Assembly (NCBI GenBank): GCA_038087875.1
Contig: CM076001.1
Coordinates: 64,001-128,000 of the forward strand
Origin: Malacoraja senta
Lineage: Eukaryota
Direction: 5' to 3'
Length of the DNA: 64,000 nt
The position numbers and the translations under genes are program-made. The notes beneath the pieces were generated by a model, which was not told where the DNA came from, made no database searches, and was given only the letters and a program-made list of their open reading frames with translations. Positions 1-12,174 of this stretch are shown here, piece by piece. Position 1 is the first letter of the stretch, and the number at the start of each line of letters is the position of its first letter.

Positions 1-534
1 TCTAAGTTGACCTTCCAGTGGACTTCTGTGCATATACTCCCTTGCCGCCCCCCCCCCCCACCCCACATCCATTCCCCCCTCCCCCACCTACTGAACCTAT
101 GCCAGCTGCACAGTGCACCAATTCTTCTCATTCTTCTGAAACGATCAATCACCAGTGGCTTATGCCTGAGGTGCCTGGCACTGTGGGTGGGCTAATTAGA
201 AGTGAAAGCAGGGAACTACAATTCATCCTGAAGGATGTTGAAATCTCGGACACTCCCACCAAAAAAATATATTGTACCTGGAACTAATGGTTGTCAGATT
301 CATGCACTACTTTTCAATGGTAGCAGAGAGATGAGAACGTGCCAGCATTGTGTGGGTCTTTGATGATATTAGCTGTCTTCTTGATGCAGCACTTCCTATA
401 GATCCATTTGTTAGTCGGGAGGTCAATACCTGTGACAGACTACATATGTCCACTACATTTTGCAGCCTCCTTCGTTTCAGCATTCTTCGAGAACATCTTC
501 CCTGTGATGAAAATCACAGATATGCATATTAAAG

Positions 535-835
535 GATATGGAGCTTACTGGAAAGATGGATTGCCCATGATATAGCTCTATGGGACTTTGGTAGGCTGCA
601 TTTGGAGTATTGCATGCAGTTCTGGTCACCACATTATAGGAAAGATGCAGAGGCTTTGGAGTGGGTGCAGAGGTTATTTATCAGCATGCTGCATGGATTA
701 GGGGGTTTCAGCTACTAGTTGGATCAAATCAAATGGTTTTCTCTGGAACATTTGTTGAGGGGAGACATGGGAGAAGTATATAACATTATGAGAGGCATAG
801 ATAGGGAAGACCCTTAATACCAGGGTGGAAATGTC
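535..835 (+). mobile_element. Decayed CR1 LINE 3' RT fragment
   Basis: Degenerate sequence matching the CR1 C-terminal region (LEYCMQFWSPHYRKD-like); no intact ORF. Confidence 0.6.
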
Positions 836-1230
836 CAACACGCCGCGCCAGCTGGAAGCACCACAGCCCGCAGCTTCAGGCTGCCGCGGGCCAGCGATCG
901 GAGCACTACCTTCTGGCAACCCCCGGCGAGAGCTCGCCCGCTCCACGATGAAAAGTTCGCGCTGCGCCCACTGCTGAAGTTCCAGGCCCGACTCCGGGAA
1001 AGGCTGCACCAATCCTTGGTATTAGGCCGCGAGGAAGGCGACATGGAAAAAGTTGCCTCTCCGTGGAGGAGGTGACCGAAAGCGGTTCACCCCTTAACGC
1101 CACTCACCACCCCCCCACACAAGACACACCGAGAGACATTAAAACACACATTTGGACATACTAAAAAAACAAAAAAAGTGGAAATGACTAACACGCTGCT
1201 GGCAGGGCAGCCATCTCGCAGTGCCCATAC
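836..1230 (-). mobile_element. GC-rich non-autonomous retroelement, 5' portion
   Basis: GC-rich block with the same layout as 16277-17068 and 32961-33790 (ATGGCTGCC head, T-rich tract, G-run, GAACCG motif on the minus strand). Confidence 0.45.
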
Positions 1231-1240
1231 CGACCAGCTG

Positions 1241-3120
1241 GGATCAGGTGTATCCCTAGAGGAGTTTCTGGGAACTGAGGAGCAAGCTAAAGAAGGAAAT
1301 CAGGAAGACAAAAAGGACACAGGAGATAGCTCTTGCAGATAACATTAAGGATAATCCCAAAAGATTTTCTAAATACATAGAGCGGAAAAGGGTAACCGGA
1401 GATAGAACAAAATCCCTCAGGAATCAAAGTGGTCACCTCTGTGTGGAGCCACAGGAGATGGGCAACGTCCTCAATGAATAGTTCTCCTCTGTATTTACCG
1501 AGGAGAAAGACGTGAGGACGGAGGAACTGGGGGCAGTCAATGGAAGTGGGTTGAGAGCAGTCAATGTACGGTCGAAGAGGTGCTGAAGGTACTGCCGTGT
1601 ATGAGGGTAAACAAATTTCCTGGGCCTGATCAGATATATCCAAGGACATTGTGGAAGTTAGAGAGGAAATTTCGGGAGTCCTGGTTGAAATTTATGAGCC
1701 ATCATTAAATACTGGTGACATGTCGGAAGATGGCAAATGTTGTGGCTCTATTCAAGAAGGGCTGCAGGGAAAAAGCTGGGAACTACAGGCCAGTGAGCCT
1801 AACATCTGTGGTTGGAAAGCTACCAGAGAGTATTTTGAGGGATAAGATATACTTGTATTCAGATAGACAAGGGCTGATTAGAGATAGTCAGCATGGTTTT
1901 GTACATGGGAGATTGTGTCTCATGAATCTGATTGAGATTTTTGAAAATGTGACCAAAAAGGTTGATGAGGGCAGAGTTATAGATGTTGTGCCATGGATTT
2001 CAGTAAGGCATTCGACAAGGTTCTGCATGGTAGGCTGCTTTGGAAGGTTACATCCCATGGGATCCAAGGAGAGATAGCTGAATGGAGTAAATTGGCTTCA
2101 TGGAAGGAAGCAGAGGGTAATGGTGGAAGGTTGTTTTTAATACTGGAGGTCTGTGACTCGTGGTGTGCTTCAGGTTTTGGCACTGGGCCTGTAACTGTTT
2201 GTCATCTATATCAATGATTTAAAGAAGGCATGTTTAACAAGATTGCAGATGACACTGAATTGGGTGGTATTAGAGATAGAGAAGATGGTTGACAAAAGTT
2301 GCAGCAGGATAGTGATCGGTTGGGCAGATGGGCTGAGGAATGGTTGATGGAATTTAATACAGAGAAATGTTAGGTGATGCATTTTGGAAAGCCTAACAAG
2401 GGAAAGACCTGCAAAGTGAATGGTCAGACTCTGAGGAGTGCTGTAGAGCACAGGGATCTAGGAATGCAGGTGTATAGATCCTTGAATATGGCATCATAGG
2501 TAGATAGGTTGGTCCGAAAGTCTTTTGGCACATTGGCCTTCAGCAGTCAGATTATTGAGTATAGAAGTTGGGAGGTCATGTTGTAGTTGTATAAGACGTT
2601 GGTGAAGCCACATTTAGAGAATTGTGTTCAGTATTGGTCACTATATTATAGGAAAGATGTTGTCAAGCTGGAAATGTGCAAAGATTTATGAAGATGTTGC
2701 CAGGACTAGAGGATCTGAGCTATAGGGAGAGGTTGAGCAGGCTGGTACTCTATTCCCTGGAGCGCAGGAGAATGAGGCGTGATCCTATAGATATATACAA
2801 TATCATGAGGAGAATAGGTTGGGTAAATGCAGTCTTTTGCCCAGTGTAGGGAAATCGAGAACCATACGGCATAGGTTTATGATGAGGGGGGGAAAGATTT
2901 ATATAGAATCTGAGGGGTAACTGTTATTACACAAAGAGTGGTGGGTGTATGGAACGAGCTGCTGGAGGAGGTAGTGACACAGGTACTATGGCAACCTTTA
3001 CGAAACATTTAGACAGGTTCATAGGACAGGTTTAGAGGGATATGTGCCAGGCGGGACTAGTGTAAATGCTAGATGGGCCAAAGTGCCTGTTTCCATGCTG
3101 TATCACTCTATGACTCTGAG
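1241..3120 (+). mobile_element. CR1 LINE, 5'-truncated, decayed ORF2 (RT)
   Basis: ORFs 1715-2077 (GNYRPVSLTSVVGK, SQHGF) and 1993-2217 (DFSKAFDKV); short-repeat tail (ctctatga) near 3105-3118. Confidence 0.9.
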
Positions 3121-3336
3121 TGTTTACACTGAGATTGGTGGGGGCCTGGAACGCATTGCCGGGGGTGGTGGTGCAGACAGATACGATAGTGGTGTGGAAG
3201 AGGCTCTTAGATAGGCACATGGAAGTGCAGGGAATAGAGGGATATGGATTATGAACAGGCAGATGAGATTGGTTTATCTTGGCGTCATGTTCAAAACAAA
3301 AATTGTGGGCCAAAGGTCCCGTTCCTGTGCTGTACT

Positions 3337-5886
3337 CAGGGCCGGCCTTAGGGGGTGCGGGGCCCAATTGGGAACAATTTTGGTGAGCCCCAGGTCCCAG
3401 CCAAGGTCTGTCAGCCCAGTTATTTAGTATATATTATGAAATTGTACACTGAGGTGCTATGGATTATACACTGTCAGAATCTCTCCTACTCCCGTTTGAC
3501 TGTCAGTACCTCCACTGGCTTCCAACCTTTACCGTAGCAGCTAATTACCATTAAGCTGCATTATGTGATTGGACACAATGCCCTTGGAGACAGCAGCTGA
3601 TTGGACGGGAGGAGACCTATTTGTTGATTGCACGGGAATTTTAAGGCACGCTGGTTGGTGTTTGGACGCAACCCCCTTAGAGACAGCGATTGATTGGCCG
3701 CCAAATAATCAGGCACAAAATAATTGACAAATAGGAAAACAAAAATCGCTGGTCAGTGCGAACTCAGTGGACTATCTGGCTGTATCTCCAAACTAAACAG
3801 TATAACATGCTGGTACATTCATTTAAAATAAAATTCAATGATTATTTCACATGATTTCTCACTGTGTAAAGCTCAGTATCTGACCAATTTCTGTTTAACA
3901 CGTTTGGTCTGCCATGAGCATTTTTCTCTCCGAAAACAGTTCATATCTAGCAATACGATCAACGAACCAAACAGCAGTTGGACACAGTCATGTGATTAGC
4001 AAGCGATTGATAAGATTTGATGGGGCACCCTGAGCTTTTTTACACTAGTATTAGGGTTAAGTTATTGAATCTATTCGTTTCTCATTTGTTCTCATACAAT
4101 CTATGAGTATTGTGTTTACACGCCTGTTATGCTGCTGCAAATAAGAATTTCTTTGTTCTGTTGTGGGTACACATGACAATTGTACATTCTTGACTCGACT
4201 CTTCACTCATGCATTTGTTCAATAGAAAACGGGTATCCATAGCACCCTGCGGCAGGTTCAAATGAGTCAGCAGTTAGTCAGGAAGTGACTATTCGCCTCC
4301 AAAGAGCAACCCTTTGTTAGGTGGCTTCACTAAATGGTGTGACTCAATATTCCTCCAGCAGTTTTTTTTCTCAAAATCTGCAGCATCTGCAGTCGCTTGC
4401 GATTTAATACTATGTTCCGCTGCGATCTAACTAATGGATGGCCCATGCTGAAGCACACGCAGCATTGAAATGCTAATACTATTAGCAAGAATATTGAACA
4501 ATACAGTAGCTCAGAGGACACTGGGGTTTAATTTTACAAATGCCCATTTTCACAAAGCAAGTTACTTTTGGCAACGATACCAGTTTTTATGAAGGCATAC
4601 TTTGCACTGACCACTTGAAAATAAATCAGTGGTTAACTGGCAATGTAAACGTGATGGTGTGCCTGCCACCAAAGCAGCAGGCACCGTGGGAGGAAGGTGG
4701 GGGAGAGGGAGATGAATGTGGACGGCTAGGGGGTGAAACAAAAAGATAAAGAGCTGGTTTCAGTCCAACAGCAGTAGAAAACTTGAAACAGCTGGTCACT
4801 GGGCTAAGAGGCTGAAGTGCTTCAGGCTGCTGTTGGACTGAAACCAGCTCTTTATCCTTTTGTTTCACAGAATCACTTCAAGCCTGGTCTCTGCATTATA
4901 AGTGCAACATGAACAGTGATGGAAATGGGTTTTTAGGAACTAGGGGTACGCTAAGGTCCGTGAGGCTGAGGTTGGGAAGGAAGGGGGGGGGGTTAGTGGA
5001 CGCTATAAGGCACATGTGAGAAATGTGATTTCTGTGAAATTGTAAATAGACATAAAGCTGGAGTAACTCAGCAGGACAGGCAGCGCAGCGACTCTGGAGA
5101 GAAGACCCTTCTTCAGACTGAACTGAATTCTCGTCGGTGAGAGTACTTGTGATTGTCTGAAGAAGGGTCTCGACCAGAAATGCAACCATCTCCCCAGAAC
5201 CCATGCCCGTCCCGCTGAGCCACCTTCAACTTCAGAGCCAAACAAAAAACACAGTGTGCTGGAGGAACTCAGCGGGCAAGGCGGCTGCTGAGTTTCTGCT
5301 GAGAGAGAGAGAGAGAGAGAGGGAGGGAGAGAGCGAAAGACAGAGAGACACAACGTCGGTCAGTAAGTGAATGACTAACCTGCACACCAAGAAGAAGCCC
5401 CTTCTCGCGGTCCGGAGCCCTCAATCATGATGGTGAGTTTTAAGAAATTCTCAATGTGTCATCAATGCATCGATCTACGTTCCTCAGTAAATGTAATTGT
5501 GTTTTGAACAAGTATTAATGACGCCACGTGAATTTTATTCATAGGAACGCGGCGTCATTAATACTTGTTCAAAATACAATTACATTTACTGAGGAATGTA
5601 GATCGATGCATTGATGACACATTGTATAACTACTTGTTAACTACTGGCTGTTAACAAGTGCTAACAGTAGTAGTTAACAAATCGTTTGTTTCTGATGGCC
5701 GTGCAGCGGTTGTTATCCATGATCTTTTTTAAAAAAGATCCGGATGGCGAATGTTTTTTAAAAAATCTTTATTTAACAAAGCAAATTCGTATTTCCGTAT
5801 GAAATACGGAACATTAGTGCGGGGCCCCCCTTAGGCGCGGGGCCCAATTGGGAGCAATCGGTCCAATCGGCTTAAGGCCGGCCGTG
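3337..5886. mobile_element. Non-autonomous hAT-type DNA transposon
   Basis: TIRs CAGGGCCGGCCTTA (3337) / TAAGGCCGGCCGTG (ends 5886); exact 8-bp TSD GCTGTACT at 3329-3336 and 5887-5894; splits a CR1 3' tail (cctgtgctgtact|gttctatgttcta); no transposase ORF seen. Confidence 0.85.
5452..5624. repeat. Long inverted repeat (about 78-bp arms, 17-nt loop)
   Basis: 5452-5529 is the reverse complement of 5547-5624 with only a few mismatches. Confidence 0.95.
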
Positions 5887-6372
5887 GCTGTACTGTTCTA
5901 TGTTCTAGGTTCTACGTAGTCACTCCAGAGTGCTGAACATTAGAGCTGAAGCAAGTTCTTGGTTCTGGGGGAAGCAATGAGGAATACATTTCCTACTATT
6001 ACGACTTTGAGAATTACAAAGAGAAGGGAATCAAATCTCTTTCCCCTAATTAGAGAGGGGGCAACGACTAAACTACGTTTGTGTTCAATACTTGATAACA
6101 AACAGGGATGCGCCTGCAATTGACTTTAGGATGAGTTCAAATTTGTTCAAGAGGTAATGAGCTAATTGTATGTGGTAATTGTATCTAGCAGTTAAGCCCA
6201 TTTTACTTCGAAGTCACGTGAGTGACTACTTGAAGAAGCCCGCCAGCCCGCATGCGCGTCAATACGTCTAACGCATTGCGTACGACTGGCTGGGAGGAGC
6301 GTCGCTCCTCCAGCGGTAAGTTTTAAAATCCTGTAGGTAAGTTTATAAACTTATACCGAGGTCGGATTTTTT

Positions 6373-7600
6373 GTGCGAAATTTCTCTTTACAAAATTTCC
6401 AATTACTAAGAATAATGAATCCAGGGCGAAAATCCAGACGGGCCGCAGGGAAAGTGGCTACGGAGGACCGCGGGAGTGCAGGTAGCCGGCGGCCATCGGT
6501 TTCGCCGTCTGAGTCACTGACAGTGTGGTCAGCGACTTCAGACTTTGGCAACCCAAGTCTGAGAGGCCTGTGTACAGGTGAGTCAGGCCAGGAGGATTCT
6601 CCTCCTACAAACGTGGATGGCGTCTTCGGGCATTTATCCCTGATGGAGCACCTTATGGAAAGGATGCTCCATCATCATATGCTCCGTGAAATGGGGACAT
6701 ATCAGCGCAGGTCTCCTTGTGAGCCTGTGGCAGCGCCTGGTCCAGGGCTGCTTAATATCTCCCACTCTGAGGAGGGGAGTGTACGGGGTCAGTATATGAC
6801 TGACTCCGAATTCGGAGGCATGTCCGTGGAACATACTGGAATGCATGACATGCGTGAGGTTCAAGAATTGCCTGCCATGGCATCAAGGCTTGTGATACCC
6901 TCGCAAACAGGGGAGCTGCTGCAAGAGCTGGCTTCCAGCATAAACTACCTCACGTCGCATCAATTACAGGAAGAGGTGATGGTTGAAACGGCTGCAAAAT
7001 ACCATACACCTGAAAATTGTGCATCCCTGAAAGTGCCGGCAGTGAACAGCTCTATCTGGGGGTACATTGGAGAAAAATGGGGCATCAAAGCCCAAGAAAT
7101 GAAACTCCAAAGAATTTAAAATTGCTGGCTTCAGGCATCAAGGCATTTGCCAGATCTTTGGATGGTGGGCCCTTATCGGACGTCCAGCAGGATGCCCTGG
7201 CATTGATGTGCAATGCACACTTCGAAATGAACTGCTTTCGGAAGAACGCCATCAGACCTGCCTTAAAACCCAAATTTGTAAGGCCAGCAATGTCCAGCCG
7301 CCGAATCTTCTCTTCGGGGAAGATGTACCCAAACAGGTTGAAAACCTGGATGAGGAACCAAAAGCTCTCGGGCTAATCAAGGCACCAACGATGAGCAAGG
7401 CTTCACCATTTCGGCGACAACACCCCTACGCCTCCATTAGCAGTAAGTGGTTCGCTGAAGCTGGTGGTAGCTCGAAAGCTGATTTCTCTGGGCAGAGGTC
7501 TTTTTTAGGCCAAGAGCCAAGCCGGCCTTCATGGAGAATGCGCAATCCGCACACCCGAACTTCTATCCTCCAAACCTCGAGGACGGAAATAGAACCCGTA
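6373..7600 (+). pseudogene. DIRS ORF1 (gag-like), frameshifted
   Basis: ORFs 6373-7119, 7017-7376 and 7208-7708 join by frameshift; PENC..LKVPAVNSSIW and RKNAIRPAL motifs typical of DIRS ORF1; lies upstream of RT. Confidence 0.75.
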
Positions 7601-7689
7601 TCAGGGGCCTTTGGGGCCTACCATAAGACCACCGGTAACCATGGAGGTAGATGGGTCTGGTTCTTTCCGGAACATGGGATGTGTGGATC

Positions 7690-9340
7690 AGTTACAAATT
7701 GGTGGTAGATTACACTTGTTTTTGCACAAATGGAGGTGGATAACATCAGACCAGTTTATACTGCTCAATATACAAGGGTTCCAAATTGAATTTCCTCTTA
7801 ACTCATTGCCACCCATACAACATACACCAAGTCGCCTTTATTCATTCCAAACAAGAAGGTTTGGACATACAAGCAGAAATTCATAAATTACACACAACAG
7901 GGGTAATCGAGAGGAAGCAAAAGCTGTTGGGTTAATTAAAGCACCCACGATGAGCAAAGCTTCACCGTTTCGGCGATAACACCCCTGCGCCTCCAGAAAA
8001 GTAAGATGGAGGATGTCGGATCATCCTTGATTTAACTCAACTTAACTCACATGTGCAGTATAGACATTTTAAAATGGAAAACTTTGTTACTGCCTGACAA
8101 CTGATTCCCAAAGGATGCTTTATGGCATGCATCGATCTCAAAGATGCATCCTATTCAGTTCCCATTCAGGGATCACCGGAGATATTTGAAATTTAGCTGG
8201 ATGAGGCAACTATGGCAGTTTAAAGCGTTGCCTAATGGGCTAACTTCAGCTCCCAGGTTATTTACTAAATTACTAAAGCCGGTGCTTGGGCTGCTCAGAG
8301 TTCAAAAACACAGTGTTATGGCCTAACTGGATGATATCCTACAACACTGTATTTGGCTAAATTAGCTGTTTCAGCGACGAAACTCATATTTGAGAAATTG
8401 GGGTTTCTCATTTATCCAGTTAAAAATCTAAGTTGATACCACCTAGAGTTATTGATTATTTTGGATTTACCTTTTACTCTATTAATATGCCTGTGAATCT
8501 GCCCTGCGGCAAGAGATTATAATTAATAGAAGCCTGTAACAACCTTGTTGTTATGAAGCAGCCTTCTATTTGCCAGGTGGCTAGTGTAATTGGCAATATA
8601 GTGGCTGTTTTTCCTGCTGCGCAATTTAGGCCTTTGCATTATCAGAATTTACAATGTGCAAAGGAGCAAGCTCTCAAGTACCTTTTAGGTCATTTTAACA
8701 GACCTATGCTATTACCAGCTGAAGCTATCAGAATTACAATGGTGGACGACCAATATTCAACATTGCTCCAGTTACATTTGGTCAGTAAACCTTCAGTTAT
8801 ATTACAAACTGATGCTAGTGCTCAAGGATGGGGAACTACTAATACCATCTCTAGTTGCAGAGGCAAATGGGATGTGCATGAGTTACCAATTCTTCAGTTA
8901 TATGGTATCAACTACCTGGAGATACTAGGGGCATTCTATGGGTTAAAGGCTTATTGTGGGAATATGCATAATCTGCATGTTCATCTACAAGTTGATAACA
9001 CTACGGCGGTGGCATATATTAATCACATGGGTGGAATCAAGTCAGTATCCTGTGATAGTTTAGCTAACCTCATTTGGCACTGGTGTATCATCACTTAAAT
9101 TTAATGATAACACAGAATGGATGTTGGATCACAAAGTATTTAATGACATTGTTGCTCGGTATGGACCACCGAATATCGATTTGTTTGCATCTAGGCTCAA
9201 TCACCAGTTGCAAAAATATGTGGCATGGGAGCCACACCCAGGGGAAGTGGCGATGAATGCATTCTCGCTACACTGAGGAGGAATGTTCTTTTATGCCTTT
9301 CCTCCATTTTGCCTCATCAGTCGGGTCTTGCAAAAAATCC
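7690..9340 (+). pseudogene. DIRS RT / RNase H / adenine-methyltransferase-like ORF, disrupted
   Basis: GGRLHLF, DGGCRIILDL, ALPNGLTSAPRLFTK; YLDD mutated to stop-LDD (about 8324-8335); RNase H TDASAQGWG, INYLE, DNTTAVAYIN; IDLFASRLN and YAFPPF at 9174-9310. Confidence 0.9.
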
Positions 9341-9499
9341 AGCAAGATTCCGCTTCAGGTTCCCGCTGATGTTGGGAATGATAATAGAACCTTATATGGT
9401 TATTTCTAAACACAAAAATTTGCTGGTTCATCCCGTGACTCGGGAAGCCACCCTCTGCATGATAGAATCAATTTATTGACTTGCAGACTATAAGAAGAC

Positions 9500-10440
9500 C
9501 GTTCCTGGGGCTCGGGTTGTCAGACCAAACCATGGTCATGATAACTGCAGCTTGGAGGGATAGCACCAAAAAGCAGTACATTACCTCATCCGGAGATGGG
9601 AAGTGTTTTGTTTAAATGCTAATATAACATATAATATGGCACGGATAACTGACGTCTTGGAGTTCATTTTCAAATGGTTCTTTGACAAAAAAATTAAGTT
9701 ATAGTGCCATTAACTGTGCCAAAAGTGCCTTCTCATCATATTTGCTGCTGGGATCGGGACCCACTCTGTCGGGTCTCACCCTCTGATATCCAGATTTATG
9801 AAGGACATCTTTAACACAAATCCTCCCAGGCCCGGGTACATGGAAGTATGGGTTATTAACATTGTGTTAACACTACTTCGCCGGTGGGCTCCAGCTACGT
9901 CCTATCTTTGGCCCAGCTCTCATATAAGGTAGTTATGCTCATGGCGCTGGTTTCAGCGCAACGTGTCCAGTCGTTGCATAAGCTACAGCTGAACAGAATG
10001 GTTATATCTACCAACAAAATAACGTTCTATGTAAATGAGTTAATTAAACTAAGCAGACCGGGGGCATTGGGTCTAAAGCTGGAATTTCTGGCATAGCCTA
10101 TGGACCATAGATTGTGTGTTGTCACACATATTCATCAATTTTTTAAGGCTACAAGAACCTTCAAGGCACTGAGCTGGCAAAATTCGTTAGCCACAAAAAA
10201 AAACACAAGAGGGTTTCAGTGCAGACCATTTCCAGATGGTTTAGATATGTATTGGCTTGTGCAGGAGTGAACACTGACGTTTTTAAATCTCACTCCACCA
10301 GGGCTGCGATAACATCAGCAGCAAGGTTCAAGGAGATTCCGCTGGACCGCATCCTAGTGACAGTAGGATGGTCGAATGAGCAGACTTTTCCAAACCTTTT
10401 ATAATAAACCGCTTGCCAGGCCGGGTTCGTTTGCCAACTC
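9500..10440 (+). pseudogene. DIRS tyrosine recombinase, disrupted
   Basis: LMALVSAQRVQSL (catalytic R box) in ORF 9884-10096; FKSHSTRAA (H-x-x-R) and GWS in ORF 10219-10404. Confidence 0.9.
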
Positions 10441-11069
10441 AATTTTAAGTTCTATTCAATAATTTGCTTATTATTTGCTTATTAATAGCATCAGCATGTA
10501 TTAAATCTATGTCATGTCTGAATGCATTATTTTTCAATCATTTCTGTTCAACTAATGCAGTGTGTTTCATGGACTCATGTTCACGGCATGAAGTCACAGA
10601 GCTTTAAAATCTTCACGTAGTCACTCACGTGACTTCGAAGTAAAATAGTAAGATTAAACGAGAACTTACCAGTTTGAAGTTTGATCTTTATTATATGAGA
10701 AATTGCGATGAGGGATTACGTGCCCTCCGCTCCCAACCCTCTTCTCATAAAGATCATGTGGTAGTTCTTGTTCTCGAATCTTCCTATAATCAGTTCAGCA
10801 ACTTTTTTCTGTGATTTCACACCGGTGCTTTGAAGGTTGACGTGCATGCGGGCTGGCGGGCTTCTTCACGTAATCCCTCATCGCAACTTCTCATAAAATA
10901 AAGATCAAACTTCAAACTGGTAAGTTCTCGTTTAATCTTACTATTCAAATTAACAGATAAAGTTTTAGGAAATGTATCAAATAAAATGTTGTTTATTGTG
11001 CTTCAGAAGAAGTAGGATAAAGTTCTGTCACCCATGCAGTCAAGTTACAAATGCATTTGTTTCCAAGAA

Positions 11070-11365
11070 GTGGCACGGTAGAGTTGCTGCCTTACAGCAC
11101 TTCCAGCATCAGAGACCCGGGTTTGATCCCGGCTACAGGTGGAGTTTGTACGTTCTCCCCGTGACCACGTGGGTTTTCTCCGAGATCTTCGGTTTCCTCC
11201 CACACTCCAAAGACGTGCAGGTTTGGCGGTTAATTGATTTGGTATGTGTCAAAATTGTCCCTAATGTGTGTGTAGCAGAGTGTTAATGTGCGGGGATCGT
11301 TGGTTGGTGTGGAGTCGGTGGGCCAAAGGGCCTGTTTCCATGCTGTATCACTAAACTAAACTAAA
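11070..11365 (+). mobile_element. tRNA-derived V-SINE (HE1-like)
   Basis: A/B-box-like head (GGTAGAG; GGTTTGATCC), V-domain GGTTTCCTCCCAC, CR1-like tail ending (CTAAA)n. Confidence 0.85.
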
Positions 11366-12174
11366 TTCAGAATTATCCCACTTATTTGCGTTGAAACAAT
11401 ATGGAGGTGGGAAGATTGTTTCTTTCTGGTGTGTTGTAAATTCAGCAGTGTTGACAGCCATGGGGAAATTGCTCTATCATTGTAAGTTATAACATCTGTT
11501 TGCTTCAGAAATATTTTGTGGAGGTAGAGATATGGTGTTGTTCCATGGTATAAAGGATTTGTAAACTGAAGATTTGGTGCACTATATTTCAGATACAAAT
11601 GTGGGAGTTTTCAAGGATCAACCCAGAGAAACTTTGGTCACCTTCACAATGGATTTTTGCACCATTATGATTGACACCAATGTGCATCAGGGGTGTGTAC
11701 ATTTTTTCTCAGCAGCTTTTAAAATAAGAAGCAAGGCTCATGTTTCACACCAAACACCCTGCTCCTGACCCTTCAAGGCTGCAGCTCACAGCTGCCAATC
11801 AGTATTTTCTTCTGCCTTCTTCAAGTGTTAATGTGATACCCAGGGATAGTGCTGCACAGAAAGCTGCTGCAATGGGTCGGCAAGTCAAGTTGACTGTCTT
11901 ATGCACAATACAGTGAAGTAGAGATGCAATGAAAATCTTGCTTACAGCAGCTGCATCACAAGCTCATAGACTCAGGCAACACACAAAGACATAATGTATA
12001 GACACAAAGAACTGAAATAACTCAAGTAACCCTGGAGAGAAGGAATGAGTGATGTTTCAGGTCGAGATCCTTCTTCAAACATAAAGTATACATGAATTAT
12101 ACATAAATTGCACATACATTTTGTTAGACAGTAAAAAGGTGGCAAAACACAAGACATGAGTGCAAATCACAATT

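Larger units (their letters stand above)
6200..10945 (+). mobile_element. DIRS1-type tyrosine-recombinase retrotransposon, full length, ORFs decayed
   Basis: Left ITR 6200-6262; right ITR plus extension 10837-10945; internal complementary region 10611-10722 complementary to both ends; ATT shared at both termini; gag, RT, RNase H, MT and YR motifs in order. Confidence 0.95.

Noticed and set aside
11574..11768. 64-aa ORF after an acceptor-like tttcag
   Set aside because: No recognisable motif and no convincing donor; cannot be supported without expression data.
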